NCBI RefSeq assembly: GCF_964204645.1
Contig: NC_134030.1
Span: 20,916,210-20,980,209 of the forward strand
Direction of reading: 5' to 3'
Length of the DNA: 64,000 nt
DNA from: Tubulanus polymorphus
Lineage: Eukaryota > Animalia > Nemertea
Shown here one piece after another: positions 13,327-25,459 of the stretch; the stretch's first letter is position 1; every line of letters starts with the position of its first letter. The translations under genes were made by a program, and so were the position numbers. The notes beneath the pieces were generated by a model. That model saw nothing but the letters and a program-made list of their open reading frames with translations. It searched no databases and was not told the DNA's origin.

Positions 13327-16300
13327 CTACTTAATGAAGATGGCGTACGTGTCGGCAAGAGATAGGCCGTTGGGACCTGAAAAAAGAATGAATATATATT
13401 TGTTACGTGTAGTGATATACAAAAAATTGCTGATAGCGGGCACTAGTCCAATAAATTGAGCGGGCACCAGTCTAATAAATATGAAAACTACATACGTGAC
13501 AATGAGTTAAGTGCATCCTCGCTTGCCAGGGGTCCAGTATCACTCCCGAACTCGCTTCCACCAGCCCCCTGGCCTCACGAAGCGTGATTTCATTACTGGC
13601 GCTGTTGCGCATGACGTCATATATCGATTTGCGAAATACTTCCTTGTTCGGTAAAACGTTCGCTGATTGGTCCATTTAACGGGAAAACAAACAGAAGTCT
13701 ACTGTCGGTTTGTTACATGCGCTGATTGGTACGACCGGATTCTGGTCGGCTAGTAACGACTCCAACGACTCGTGAGGTCAAGGGGTTCGGGGAACAGCTT
13801 TAGCGTAGTGGGTTCGAATCCCTTGACGGGTGAAGATGAGTTAAGTGGTGAATAGAGGAAGTAAGGCAGAATACAGACAATTGGCTTATAGGGGGTACTA
13901 GTCCAATGCATTGAGCGGGCACTAGTCTAATAAGTATGAAAACTACATACGTGACAAGGAGTTACTTGGTGAATAGAGGAAGTAAGGCAGAATACAGACA
14001 ATTGGCTGATAGCAGGCACTAGTCCAATGAATTGAGCGGGCACCAGTCTAATAAATATGAAAACTACATACGTGACATTGAGTTACTTGGTGAATAGAGG
14101 AAGTAAGGCAGAGCGCCATAGTCTTGATCATATGCGCACGTATTTCCAGGAGGTCGTGTATCGGGACCATTTATCAACACCATCCAAATCCTGTCATTTG
14201 TGCAACCACCATATTGTTTCAGCGCAAAGAAATTTCGTCTGTGCGGACTAAATATAAGGAAACAAGGAATAATTTGATGGCGCCTTATTTGATAAAGCAA
14301 TATATACCTATCGGTCCATCATAGATAAGTTGGTAACAGTTATATCAGAAACAACGTCATCAGTTATTCCTGCGAGTTTGAAATGGTAATTCGATATTTA
14401 TACCTACACACATACTGATGACGTTTTACGGCCACGACCAGGAATCTCCCAGAGGCGGACCCAGGGGTTTGTAATCATTGGGGGGGGGGGGGGTACATGT
14501 GGCATGATTGTGATTTCCAATTAGTAAAGGCCTTATAACGTTTAGCATGGTTGCAATACGTGTTAACGTACGGAAGCCCAATGGTGACATAGGCCTATGA
14601 GATGATTTTCTCAACGAGCTCCCATAAAAGCCTTATGCGACCAGTGAAAAATATAGCTGCAAAGCAGCGATAACGGGTTTTCTGCCTAGCTGGTTTAGAT
14701 GTCGTACTTGGAAGCGTACAGAGATTTCGTCGAAATCAGTCTCATCAGTTTACGAAATTGAATTTGAAAAAGATGCGCCACCTAGGGGTCAACACATTTC
14801 CCGGATATGACGGCTACTATACGTACAAAGTACTCAGATGTACTAAATCAAAGCTTTGAGGGTAACGAATACGGTGCTTTCACAACCCCCTGGTGGCAGT
14901 TGTATGAACTAATCATGCCGGTTGGCATATTGCACAATGTATAATATGTACTCATACCAGGTTTTGCGATTTCCTAAATAAAAGTCTGAATTATACGCGA
15001 AAAACCTATGCTGGAAGTTTTTTTTAAAATTTACACCGGGCCACTAGCGAACCAAGCGGAATCCTCACTTGCCACAGTAGCGTTGCCGGTACCCCATCAA
15101 TAATAAAAGATACCGCGATAGCAATGAAGTTTAGAGAGAGTCTGTAATGTTTCCTTGAGCTAGTAGTTTATGACATTGTTTCGACTATATCCAAATAGTT
15201 AGTCACCAAGGATGAACAGCAGATGATAGCAACGGGATGTTGTCGAAATGTCGAAGAGATTAGCCCAAGGAAACGTGTTGGACTCATTTCGAATTTTTTA
15301 GAATTTCGATTCATCTTCAGGAGTGTTTTCGTCGATTGTTAGAATTCTTTAAAGTAATAATTTCACGTTACTTACTTTCCATCGATGCTAAACACGGTTT
15401 TTATAGAAGAACTTAGTGAAGTTGTTGCTGTTAAATCCGCCCATGAACTGTTTATGATTTTCGTCACGTCGAACCAAGTGATTTTATCAGTTCCTTGTGC
15501 ATTAAATCGTATAAAAGCTACTTCCTTACACTTGCTATACATCACTACTTTTACCTATAACAGAACGTTACAACACTGTTGGGTAATATTCGATATGTTA
15601 GCCGCGATCACACGGAGGCGATTTGGCCCGGATCAGAACCGTCGAGTCAAACTTAGACCGTGCCGATTTAGGAAACTCGTCCATCGCTCACCCGATAACA
15701 AACAATACCGTGACAAACTAATCAACATTCGATCATCTCACCCTTGCTAAAGTGTTATGGCTCAGGCCTGGTCCCACTTTTGTTCCAGCACGTGCATCCC
15801 CCTAAAGTCCTTGCTAATATTCTATGAACTGACCTTTCCGTGAGAACGAAGACAAGCACGTGAAAATGCGTAAACTGATGTCGTCGTTTACCATTACCAG
15901 CGCTTTTTACGGCAGTCCTAGATCGTTCATGAAAGTTGTGAAAATCACTATTCAAATTGCGAGTTAAATCGTACTCTGATCGTACCCAGAACGCGTCTCC
16001 GTGCCGGTCTAATTTTCAAAAAGTTTCTGGGAGAGGACCCCATATTTGGATTTGTGCACCCCCTACATAGAATCCTGGATCCGCCGCTGACGGCTTACAA
16101 CTAACATGTTCATCTACGTCATATTATACGCCAAATGGCCGTGCATTGTGACTCTTAATCACACCAGTCAGAAGCTGTAGCGCTTGACGTCCAATATGAC
16201 GCGCTGGGATGCGTACACACCTCGTTCACGTTTTTCCAAGCATCAACTCGGGGACTTTTCCGCGTGCAGTTTACACACGGCACGTTACTTTCCTGTCTCC

Positions 16301-16970
16301 AGGCGCATGCGCAAGAAGTGTCTTCCGATGTAGTTTGCGATGCTTGCGTTTCTGTCCAGTATTTGTAGACGTCATCATTGGTTCCGGTGTCTGCTACAAA
16401 CACCAGCTCGTCTGCGCCTCCGCCTGGGCCTGTTCGTTTGAAAATAAAAATCAATCGTGAGCTAAACAAAAACAGATATCAAACCATACCCTGTGCCACA
16501 ATCAGGCAGGGCACCCAGCATCCCCTCAGGCGGAACCCGAACTCCCTCAGGCCTGCCTCAGGCGCCTTATCGACTCATCACCACGATATCTTTTTGGTTG
16601 AAAAATCGCCCTAGGATTTTTCATACCGACAGAAGCGTTCGGAAGGTTTTCTCTGTCATGAAGATTTTATTTACCTATTCATATATTTCCTGAATAATTT
16701 ACATCGATGAATACCAGATTTATAAAATGACAAAAGATAATTGATTTGTATTGCACAATAAACTGATGCAAAATAATAGCAAGGCAACCAGAGGAAAGCA
16801 GAGCTTGTAATATCAGGCCCCCTATGTTACAGGCTATAGAGTGGGCTGCGGGATGTAGGCTGTAGATCGTTTGATGCAACGATGGTTTAGCTATTCTACG
16901 CACCTGAAACCTCTGAGTGAATACATTGTATCCTCAATACAGCGATCAGTAAAACAATTGACAACTTCAT
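13327..16970 (-). CDS. Secreted 226-aa cysteine-containing protein of unknown function (5 coding exons)
   Basis: Exons 16970-16904, 16429-16221, 15554-15376, 14247-14072, 13376-13327 join through GT-AG introns (phases 1,0,2,1) into a 681-nt open frame: MKLSIVLLIAVLRIQCIHSEVS/GPGGGADELVFVADTGTNDDVYKYW...SPRVDAWKNVNE/VKVVMYSKCKEVAFIRFNAQGTDKITWF...SSWADL...FSIDG/NPHRRNFFALKQYGGCTNDRIWMVL...PYFLYSP.../RPNGLSLADTYAIFIK*. The N-terminus looks like a signal peptide. Confidence 0.8.
13424..14112. repeat. 121-bp tandem repeat (~3.3 units) overlapping the end of exon 4 of the secreted-protein gene, interrupted by an insertion
   Basis: ggtgaatagaggaagtaaggcaga recurs at 13847, 13968 and 14089; the remainder of the third unit is at 13424-13513. 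Confidence 0.9.
13514..13835. mobile_element. 322-bp insertion flanked by a 12-bp target-site duplication
   Basis: ATGAGTTAAGTG at 13502-13513 and 13836-13847; removing the insert restores the 121-bp unit. Contains a B-box-like GGTTCGAATCC at 13811. Confidence 0.75.
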
Positions 16971-17058
16971 CGTAACAACTGTAAATAGATAACCCGCATT
17001 CATTCAAAACACTGATATAGAAGCTCATCGAGTTTATCGCATATAGTTTCAATTATTC

Positions 17059-17480
17059 ATCTCGCGTAGTTTCAGTTATTTACCTGTTTATCTCGCGTAG
17101 TTTCTGTTATTTACCTGTTTATCTCGTGTAGTTTCAGTTATTTACCTGTTTATTTCGTGTAGTTTCTGTTATTTACCTGTTTATCTCGTGTAGTTTCTGT
17201 TATTTACCTGTTTATCTCGTGTAGTTTCTGTTATTTACCTGTTTATCTCGCGTAGTTTCAGTTATTTACCTGTTTATCTCGTGTAGTTTCTGTTATTTAC
17301 CTGTTTATCTCGCGTAGTTTCAGTTATTTACCTGTTTATCTCGTGTAGTTTCTGTTATTTACCTGTTTATCTCGTGTAGTTTCTGTTATTTACCTGTTTA
17401 TCTCGTGTAGTTTCTGTTATTTACCTGTTTATCTCGTGTAGTTTCAGTTATTTACCTGTTTATCTCGCGTAGTTTCAGTT
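17059..17480. repeat. 31-bp minisatellite, ~13.5 units
   Basis: Unit atctcg(c/t)gtagtttc(a/t)gttatttacctgttt; the minus strand carries CAG|GTAAAT in each unit. Confidence 0.95.
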
Positions 17481-18377
17481 GTTGATTTGACGTCGTGGTA
17501 TGTGATGAGCGACAACATGTCTAGCCCGCTTTTGAATGTTTATATGTAACACTCCTTGAACCTGGAAAAACGGGGCCAAGAGTTTGTTGTCGTTTCTAGT
17601 GACACATTCCAATGATACCGCGTAAATGGAAATCACGCCTGGAATAGATTGATAATCATCCACAGCGTGGGAAATATTCCTTCAAAACCTCTTCAACTCA
17701 GTTAATGTGCTTATGCTTAATTCGGTCATGGGCTCTGAGAACAGAGTCCTCCGATTCGGTCAAGTACGGGCATGTTCTGACTCGACAATCTCACACTTTT
17801 ATTGAACGTAAAGTTCGTTGATAATTGTTGGTTTTTGTAACCTACAGAGTTTACTTAAGTTTTACATTACTCTCCGTGAACTTGAACTTGGCCTGAAACA
17901 CGAACAACAATTCATAAGGATTTGTGGATGATATTATAAAAACAGCTGAAATCACCAGTGGTTCACAAGCGGCTGGAACAAACCAGTCGCTGATGCTCAG
18001 TTTTGGAAACCAAATCTCGTCCCAAAATTTAAAAGAAAAAAGTTGAAATCACTCTCAGAAAGTCGGGGCAAATTACTTCCAATTGCGGTTTGATTTCTTC
18101 CCTGTACCTTGTATTACCTGGCTGGAAACAGTTGTTATTTTAGTTGTGTATTAGAATAGAAAGACAAACCCGAAATAGTGCATTCATATCATTTTTTTTT
18201 GTAGATTTTGATTTAATTTTTCTCGCTTACAAAAGTTAATTCTCAAATCTCCTCCTCAGATTGCTGTTAAAGTATGCATGCGAGTTTATGATATTGCACG
18301 GCTGTGCTTTGTTGGGTGAATAAAACATTGCGACAATATCTCTACCGAGTCGCGAACTGCCCGCTGTATCTCATTTC

Positions 18378-18554
18378 TGCACTGAGCTTAAAAAGTTGAC
18401 TCGGCCGGCCGCCTATCTACCCTGTACATAACTTCAAAAAAAAAATCATGATCAACCTAACACTTATAGACTCGGCAGTTATAGAAATGAACTGATTTTA
18501 TTGGAATTTACAAAAAACGACCGACCCGGCCGCTGTGGAGAAACAAGGTATCAT
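18378..18554. mobile_element. Truncated ~220-bp MITE family copy
   Basis: ctgagcttaaa..gttgac.cggccggccgcctatctaccct...ggagaaacaaggtatcat. Confidence 0.7.
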
Positions 18555-18743
18555 CGTAGTCTACTATTCGCGTGCCTGTGCCGCTTTCTTACTTGCGGTC
18601 TATCGATGCGCACAGTAGTTCGTTTGATGGCGACGCATCCAACGGATCTAACTATGTACTGTATATCAGAAACACAAAACTGCTCCCGTGTACAATTGCC
18701 CGCTAAAATAGAACTTTGGGCTGTCAATTTTTGAGAAAAAAAA

Positions 18744-18840
18744 ACACACACACACACACACACACTCACTCACTCACTCACTCACTCACTCACTCACTCA
18801 CTCACTCACTCACTCACTCACTCACTCACTCACTCACGCA

Positions 18841-18894
<54 letters not shown>

Positions 18895-18906
18895 AACACA
18901 CACACA
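18744..18906. repeat. Compound microsatellite (CA)n(CACT)n(CACG)n(CA)n
   Basis: Directly visible. Confidence 0.95.
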
Positions 18907-19659
18907 GAGATCGATGTGTCATACCATACAGTAAGGCCAGGATGTCACACACAGACCAATTCATACAGAATAAAATAAACAAGTTATTTCAAATGACTCC
19001 ACTTCAACCCAGACTCGAGGATCTTTGTCGAGTGGTAGTCAAACCGACCGGGCTAGGCCACACGATATGGGCTCCAAAGTCATGATGAAGCAGATATCAG
19101 AAGAGCTCTTTCCTCAGCCATGGAGGCAATGAAGTTGCAGACCAGCTTAGAGGCAAAAGTGAAATTAACATGCAATTTTTGATAGAAAAATTAAACCACT
19201 ATTTACAGTCGAAGGCCTGTATCACCTACCCAATCACCAACTCTCATAATTCCCCAAATTTCTTAGAACTTCGATTTCAAATTTGCAATTCCACATTAGC
19301 TTATCCCAAAAAGTCTACGTTTTTTTCGCAGGCGTCAAATAATTTACTAAAATTAATATTCTTGTTTCTCATTGTATTGTGTCCGTTGCTGGGATAGTTG
19401 CACGTTTGCAATATCTCTCCTTACCTTTCCACTAGAGATGGCCAGCGCGCAGATTGGTATTCCCGATTTAGGGGGGTTGCGACCCGATCCCCCCACAGAA
19501 AAAGAGGATTGGGTACAATTCCCCGTGCACAAAAAGGGAATCATGAAATGAAATAGAATAATAAATTGTCGAGGAAAAAAGAATATTTTTGATGTAATCA
19601 TGTAGATTTTGTGATTAAGTGATTTTGTTCTTAGACTGGCAATACGCCTTATAAAAAAA

Positions 19660-19946
19660 GGGATTTGAATTAACGGATTCTGTAAGAGACGTTCCAATCA
19701 GACATCCTATAGACCTGAACTGATAGTTGTGAGAATACAATATGCGTATCAATAATTGCTTTGCTCGTAGTTTTAGTATAGAATGATGAAGGTGGATGTC
19801 CGGTTTGTTCTGGTATAACAGCATTAGGTTCTCTGATTAGGTTCCATCCGTCGTAAATTTGAACAACAGGTATCGCTGAATCAATCTGTGTAAACGCCCG
19901 AATTCATAGCAAAACCACCCGGGATCGCGATCCATTCCAAATACAG
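19660..19946 (-). pseudogene. Decayed fragment of receptor exon 1 (fourth paralog relic)
   Basis: Aligns by eye to ~8475-8773 with several indels; shared strings include atgatgaaggtggatgtccggtttgttctggtataacagc, gttccatccgtcgtaaatttgaaca, aattcatagcaaaacca and gatccattccaaataca. Confidence 0.8.
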
Positions 19947-20334
19947 CTGACACAACGATCGGGCCGCAGAACTCATTGAAATTCAATCTAAACTTCGCAT
20001 AAAATAAGAGTTATTTCAAATGCCTTATACCATTATTTGCAAATAAATGCCATTTATTCTGTGGAATATCGCAGGAGTCAAAGCTGGAGTTAAAATAGAT
20101 AGATGGGAGAGACCCGAACAGAAGAAGTTGACTCATTGAATTCTGTACTACAACTGAAGATGTTTATTACCGACTTTCACAAGGGTGTGTTGTTCGCATT
20201 AATTTGTTGTAGGTATGAACTCAAGGGCAGGCGAGAGAATTCTCACAATTCTCTATTCATTTTGTTCAAATATTTTATCAAATAATCTTATTTTCTATCA
20301 ATAGTATCTGTGTTATCATCAAGTTTGGAGAATT

Positions 20335-20585
20335 GTCGCGATCACACGGAGACGATTTGGCCCGGGCCAAATTGGCACGGATCAGGCTCGGGCCAAATTT
20401 GGTCCGTGCCTTATTAGAGAGCGCGTTCTCACGCAAACCACTCACTCGATACTTAACAATGCTTTAACAAACATTGAGTCGCTCGGGCCTGGTCCGGCGT
20501 TTTTGGTCGGGCCAAACAGAAACGGAACCATTTTGCACCCATGTGAACAGTTGTCCCGGGCCAAAAACGCTTCAATGATCGTGGC
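20335..20585. mobile_element. MITE with imperfect TIRs (related partial copy at ~15601-15730)
   Basis: gtcgcgatcacacggagacgatttggcccggg...cccgggccaaaaacgcttcaatgatcgtggc. Confidence 0.55.
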
Positions 20586-20808
20586 TATTATATCGTTTTT
20601 TTTTTAATTGGAGAGTTGCCAAAATGTTGAGGTTAGTACATACTGTTATCGTTTGGACACATAAGCGACACCTGGTGGATGCGTAATTGCCACAGGCGGA
20701 ATCCTCTATTGCCGCAGTAAGTAATATTTTACTGCACACTAGCGACACCTGGTGGATCCTCACTTGCCACACCAGCACTAGGTGAATGATAACGTTTGTG
20801 ACGTGGTT

Positions 20809-22126
20809 CTAGTCGTAATTCTCGCCAGCTGGGAATTTCTCATATTCTCCAGTGTCTTTTGCTGCTGCAGGCATCTTACGATAGATTAAAGCGCTGAAAG
20901 ACGCCAAAAATACGATAATAGCCTCGGCTCGGTACAGCCAGGCGAATGTCATTATGTCGACCAAAAATCCACCAAAAAGCGACCCTAATATGAACCCAAG
21001 GTCGACAGTAGCCGCGAACAGTCCGAAAGTCACTCCATAGGTGGCGCTACCGAATCGTAGATCGGTTACACGGGCTAGAAGCGAATTGATTGGCTAGTCC
21101 TTCCGTCCCGATCACGTGCCATATCGAAGTGCATGCCGGGTAGATCGCCATACCAGATGCGTATAACCACAAGGCTATAATAAGCCACACCCACTGGTGC
21201 TTTAAACTGTACCAACCGGCGAGTAGGTCACCTAATATCATAAACAACAAACTAATAAATAAAACTAGTCCGATTTTCCACATGTCGGCTCGCAGTTGGT
21301 AAATCATCCAATCAGCGCCCGTAGCTAGGTAAATACCGAGTCCGAAAAACAACGAAAGATTACAAATCAAACCGGCCAGGATGTATGGTTCAAATAAAAT
21401 GACGCAATATTTTGAAATTTTCACATTTTTGGCATCTTGACGCGTATTAGTGTCATCGGCTGGTTTTAGTATTCTCAGAAGTCCGTCGACGGAAGCGAGC
21501 ACGCCTAGTAATAAAAACGGCACCATCAAATTAGTGAATCTGAACAGTATAGGCCCGACTGCGTAACCTAGTAGTAGCCCGACAGTATATCCGAGAAAAA
21601 CTTGGCTTAGCGCCTTATTTCGTTCGGAATCGTCTTGAAAAGTTTCGCTTATCAGCGCTAAACTGGACACGTAAGTCAAACTGGCGCCGATTCCCTGCAA
21701 AACGCGGCATACGATCAGACTCGCGATATTCGGCACAAACGCGTATCCGAAAATAGAGGCCATGTTGAACAGTACCCCGACTAGCATGGGCCACCGGTTA
21801 CCGAATCTATCCACTAGAAACCCGGTCACTATCGTGAATAGAAAATCGGCGATCCACCGCGCCGAAACGATGTAGCCCAACGCGCCCGAAAAGTTACTAA
21901 TTACCGTAAGGTTGCGCGCGTAGATGTCGCTAGCGCCGAACGAATCGAAAGATGAAGCGTTGCCGCCGGTCGGAGTTCTCCCGATTTTAACCAGCATGGG
22001 CGGTAGAAGAGGCACGATCGTCGACGTCGTCAAAGTGTGCAGCAATAAGGCGACGAACGTGATGATTTTGACGAGAAGTTTCGACCTGCGAAACGAATTG
22101 AACCAACTTTCAGCAGAAACAGTCAT
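20809..22126 (-). pseudogene. Intronless SLC18-like (VMAT/VAChT-type) MFS transporter with a frameshifting deletion near 21090
   Basis: ORF 22126-21047 has TIVPLLP, MFS motif A (GFLVDRFGNRWP), CRVLQGIGAS and DDSERNKAL. After ...GTEGLA the similarity continues in another frame (INSLLARVTDLRFGSATYG..., compare VMAT GYLVDLRH..YG) to the stop at 20809. The break could also be an assembly error. Confidence 0.72.
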
Positions 22127-22506
22127 AGCGAATTCTTAATGCAAGTTTACAGAAACATCCACGCTCATATGGTAGTGACCTGTATGCGCGTCACGCGTGG
22201 AGAGCACGCTTTCCGCGACGCGCGTGTTTCATTCGAAACCGTCACGCTGTTACATTATTATGCTCTCAAAACCGCCCGGCTGTGCCGTCATACATCATCT
22301 TGTCGGCCCGTTAGAAAAGTCCGTGGTATCTAATATGCATATGTGCATGGTGTTTGCATTTCGCCATTACCCGGACATGTCCTCAAGTTCAACGTTGGCA
22401 TTTGGGATAAAAGAATTGGAGCGAGCGGGTCAATTTGAATACGCATGGAGATAATTTTGTGCTTTCGTAACATCTGGGCTTTTTCCGTACTAAACGGTCG
22501 GTGAAT

Positions 22507-22722
22507 TTCTGAACACATGTGAAGTGAGGACGATCTGTTTTTGAAAGTGTGCTGATAAAATATCTAATATCTGGTGTTTGTAGTTCATTTTCAATTAAAG
22601 ATGTCTCAGGTGAAGCACTGAACACATGTGAAGTGAGGACGATCTGTTTTTGAAAGTGTGCTGATAAAATATCTGTCTGGTGTTTGTAGTTCATTTTGTC
22701 TCCTGAACACATGTAGACGATC
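22507..22722. repeat. 109-bp satellite family, ~2 units
   Basis: Same unit as 9749-10996. Confidence 0.85.
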
Positions 22723-22837
22723 GTTAAATGCAAGAATGATTCGACCATTCAGGACGAATATAAAATAGACCGGAAGCAAGTTACGAAAAATACCGTTTGA
22801 AAAATGTACTTTTATTTCAGATAACAATTAAAAAACA

Positions 22838-22939
<102 letters not shown>

Positions 22940-23557
22940 TGTATACAATTAACTTATTCTATTGTCTAGTTCCGAAGTACACGTCATCAATCATAGCTCC
23001 CTGATTACGTTTAAAAGTCCGTTTCGCTATACACCGGCCGTCTGCTATCGGCCTTTTCGCTGCCAGCGATTTATCTTATCCAAAATGTCTCGAAATTCGT
23101 TCGAAATTTTCCCGACGTTCGATACCTGATCGTTGCGTCCTGAGTCGCGCAGTTTCCGCGTATCTCGCATCAACTGTCGCAGGGTTTCTTCGCCTGGAAA
23201 ATAAACACAGTTTTCTTTTCACAGAAATCGCCGAACCACTGAATTAATAAATCGATAAACATGTTAAAATCCGACACTTGCAGATAGATAAAAAAATATT
23301 TTTTTCTGGCTAAAAATGATACATGTTCCTTAAATCGGCCAAGTCCGATAATTTGCAAAAACATTCTGCACAGTCAAAGCTTGTAATAACGCCAGCCAGC
23401 AAAATATTGGCGGAATAACGAAATGACAAGTTGACAAAGTAAACAGGACATGACCATTGACCAAATCCAGAATCGGCATCAATTAAATCTTGATTTAGGA
23501 AGCATAAATGTATTAATGTAGCTTATTTCATTTAGATAAGAACTAAAACTCAACTAA

Positions 23558-24218
23558 GGGGTCGTCCATAAATTTTATGATAAAAGACATCCATGCTGTA
23601 GGGGGAAGGAGTCCAGATTTTTTGGACTTTTGTGGACAAGGGGGGAGGGGGTACTTCTCATATGGATGTCCATCTTGAAAGGGGGGTCACTAGTTTACGG
23701 ACATTTTTAGTGGATATAAGTTTTAAGTAAATCACTCAATCCTCCAATGACTAGATACCAGAACTTTACAAGTTATAATTATAAGGCTAAAAAAAATTCA
23801 TACCTTGTTTCTCCGCTCTGCTGAGCTTAAATGTTGACCCGGCCGGCCGCCTATCTACCCTATACATTACTATTTTTAAAATCGTGATCAATTTCACCAT
23901 AACAGACCCGGCCGCTATAGAAATGAACTATTTATAAATTTTATCATATTTTACAAAAATGACCCGGCCGCTGCGGAGAAACAAGGTATCATTTTTGTTT
24001 AGCCTAATACCAGGTGAAAGGAATAAATGTAAATACGTTGATAAAAGTTAAGTCTTTTAATGCTGCATCAAAACTTTATCTGGTGTCAAACTTAAGGCCC
24101 GCTGTCCATCGGACAAAGGGGGAGAGAGTCAAACTGATATGGATTTTATGTGGATATAGGCGGAGAGGGGGTCAGATTTTCCATATTTTGTGCGGACGCG
24201 TTTTTTATGGACATCCCC
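23558..24218. mobile_element. PIF/Harbinger-type MITE (TAA TSD) containing a nested MITE
   Basis: TIR GGGGTCGTCCATAAA...TTTATGGACATCCCC, flanked by TAA on both sides. Confidence 0.75.
23785..24004. mobile_element. ~220-bp PIF/Harbinger-type MITE family, nested copy
   Basis: TIR GGCTAAA...TACCTTGTTTCTCCGC; TAA TSD; family recurs in the window. Confidence 0.8.
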
Positions 24219-24238
24219 TAATAGAAAAATAAATGCAG

Positions 24239-24409
24239 GGGATCATTCATTTATTACGTACGCATTAGGGAAGGGGGGAGGGGTCGGTACAATTATGTAC
24301 TGTAGGCCTAATGCTTAATGTATATGATAAAATGGCCGATTTTGCGTACAGAGGGGGAGGGGGGTTGAAAAATTCAAATATTATGCGTACGTAATAAATG
24401 AATGATCCA
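24239..24409. mobile_element. Short MITE with ~26-bp TIRs
   Basis: ggatcattcatttattacgtacgca...tgcgtacgtaataaatgaatgatcc; apparent CAG TSD. Confidence 0.7.
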
Positions 24410-25459
24410 CAGTAGATTCACCGACCACATGATGTATTCTTAATCAAAAGACTGGAAAGATCCGTAGGCGATAATACAAATGTTTTTTCTACGAGTTTGA
24501 ATAGGACTGTTCTAGGATTTCGTCGGGGTTATGGCGGAGAGTGAGAGGTGATACAACAAGAGCTATTTACATACATGCAGATACCAAATGAACCGTGCAC
24601 AAAGGAATTCTTGGCGATAGGTGAATTTGGCGGTATAACGAGCTTTGACTGTAATCGGTTGATTTCTATAACTTAAGTCAAAAAGTGGTCTTAGACTGGT
24701 CTTAAGTCTAAGCCATGACTATGCAACCGGCCCCAGGAGAATTACGATAGGAGCAAGCGTGCTCCGGTCTGGATCTGGCGGTGAGGGACTTAGAGGGTAA
24801 ATTCACCGTAATTCGAGGGGGATTTTAAGATCAGCTACTGGTGGATCCTCACTTATTAACCGATTTTAGATCGCAGAGAATATAAAAAAGATATAATTAC
24901 CGACAGCTCGACCTCGGAAATAGAAATAAGCAGTCAATTGTGCGGCCCTGCGTATTGGGTACGACTCTGATAGCTGAAAAAGTAAACAAACAAAAAATTT
25001 TTTCCACAATTCTAGACAAATTTTCACATCAACTTTTGTCAGATCAATTAAATGGTAGATAGGCTGTTGAACCTTATACCGTCAGGCTTTTATTCAACGC
25101 ATTTTCCAGAAAAAAGTCACCAGTTCAGATCGCAAGACTTACTTTTTGTATCAACTGAGGCTGATTTGCTAAGTATCTGGAAAAGAAGCAGCAAATAATT
25201 GATGATCAGTGGAATGTTCGTTCACTACTAAGAAGCTGCCCCCCCCTCCCCCACCCACGCCGTTGCCCTTAATGTCATATTCAAATGTCATAACTGAGTG
25301 ACCTGCACTTTAGGTGTCTGTGCTAATGGTTATGTACTTTAACCAGCTTAACCATAACGCTATTCTTTAATGACACTAGCGCCACTCAGTGACCGAAACT
25401 GCAGTTAGACCGTGGTGACGTATCTTTAAGTCTAAGAGGCCTCGCCACAAGTACGACAG

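Noticed and set aside
17059-17480. Regularly spaced ~30-bp repeats resembling a CRISPR array
   Set aside because: Head-to-tail units with no unique spacers, no cas genes and a eukaryotic context.
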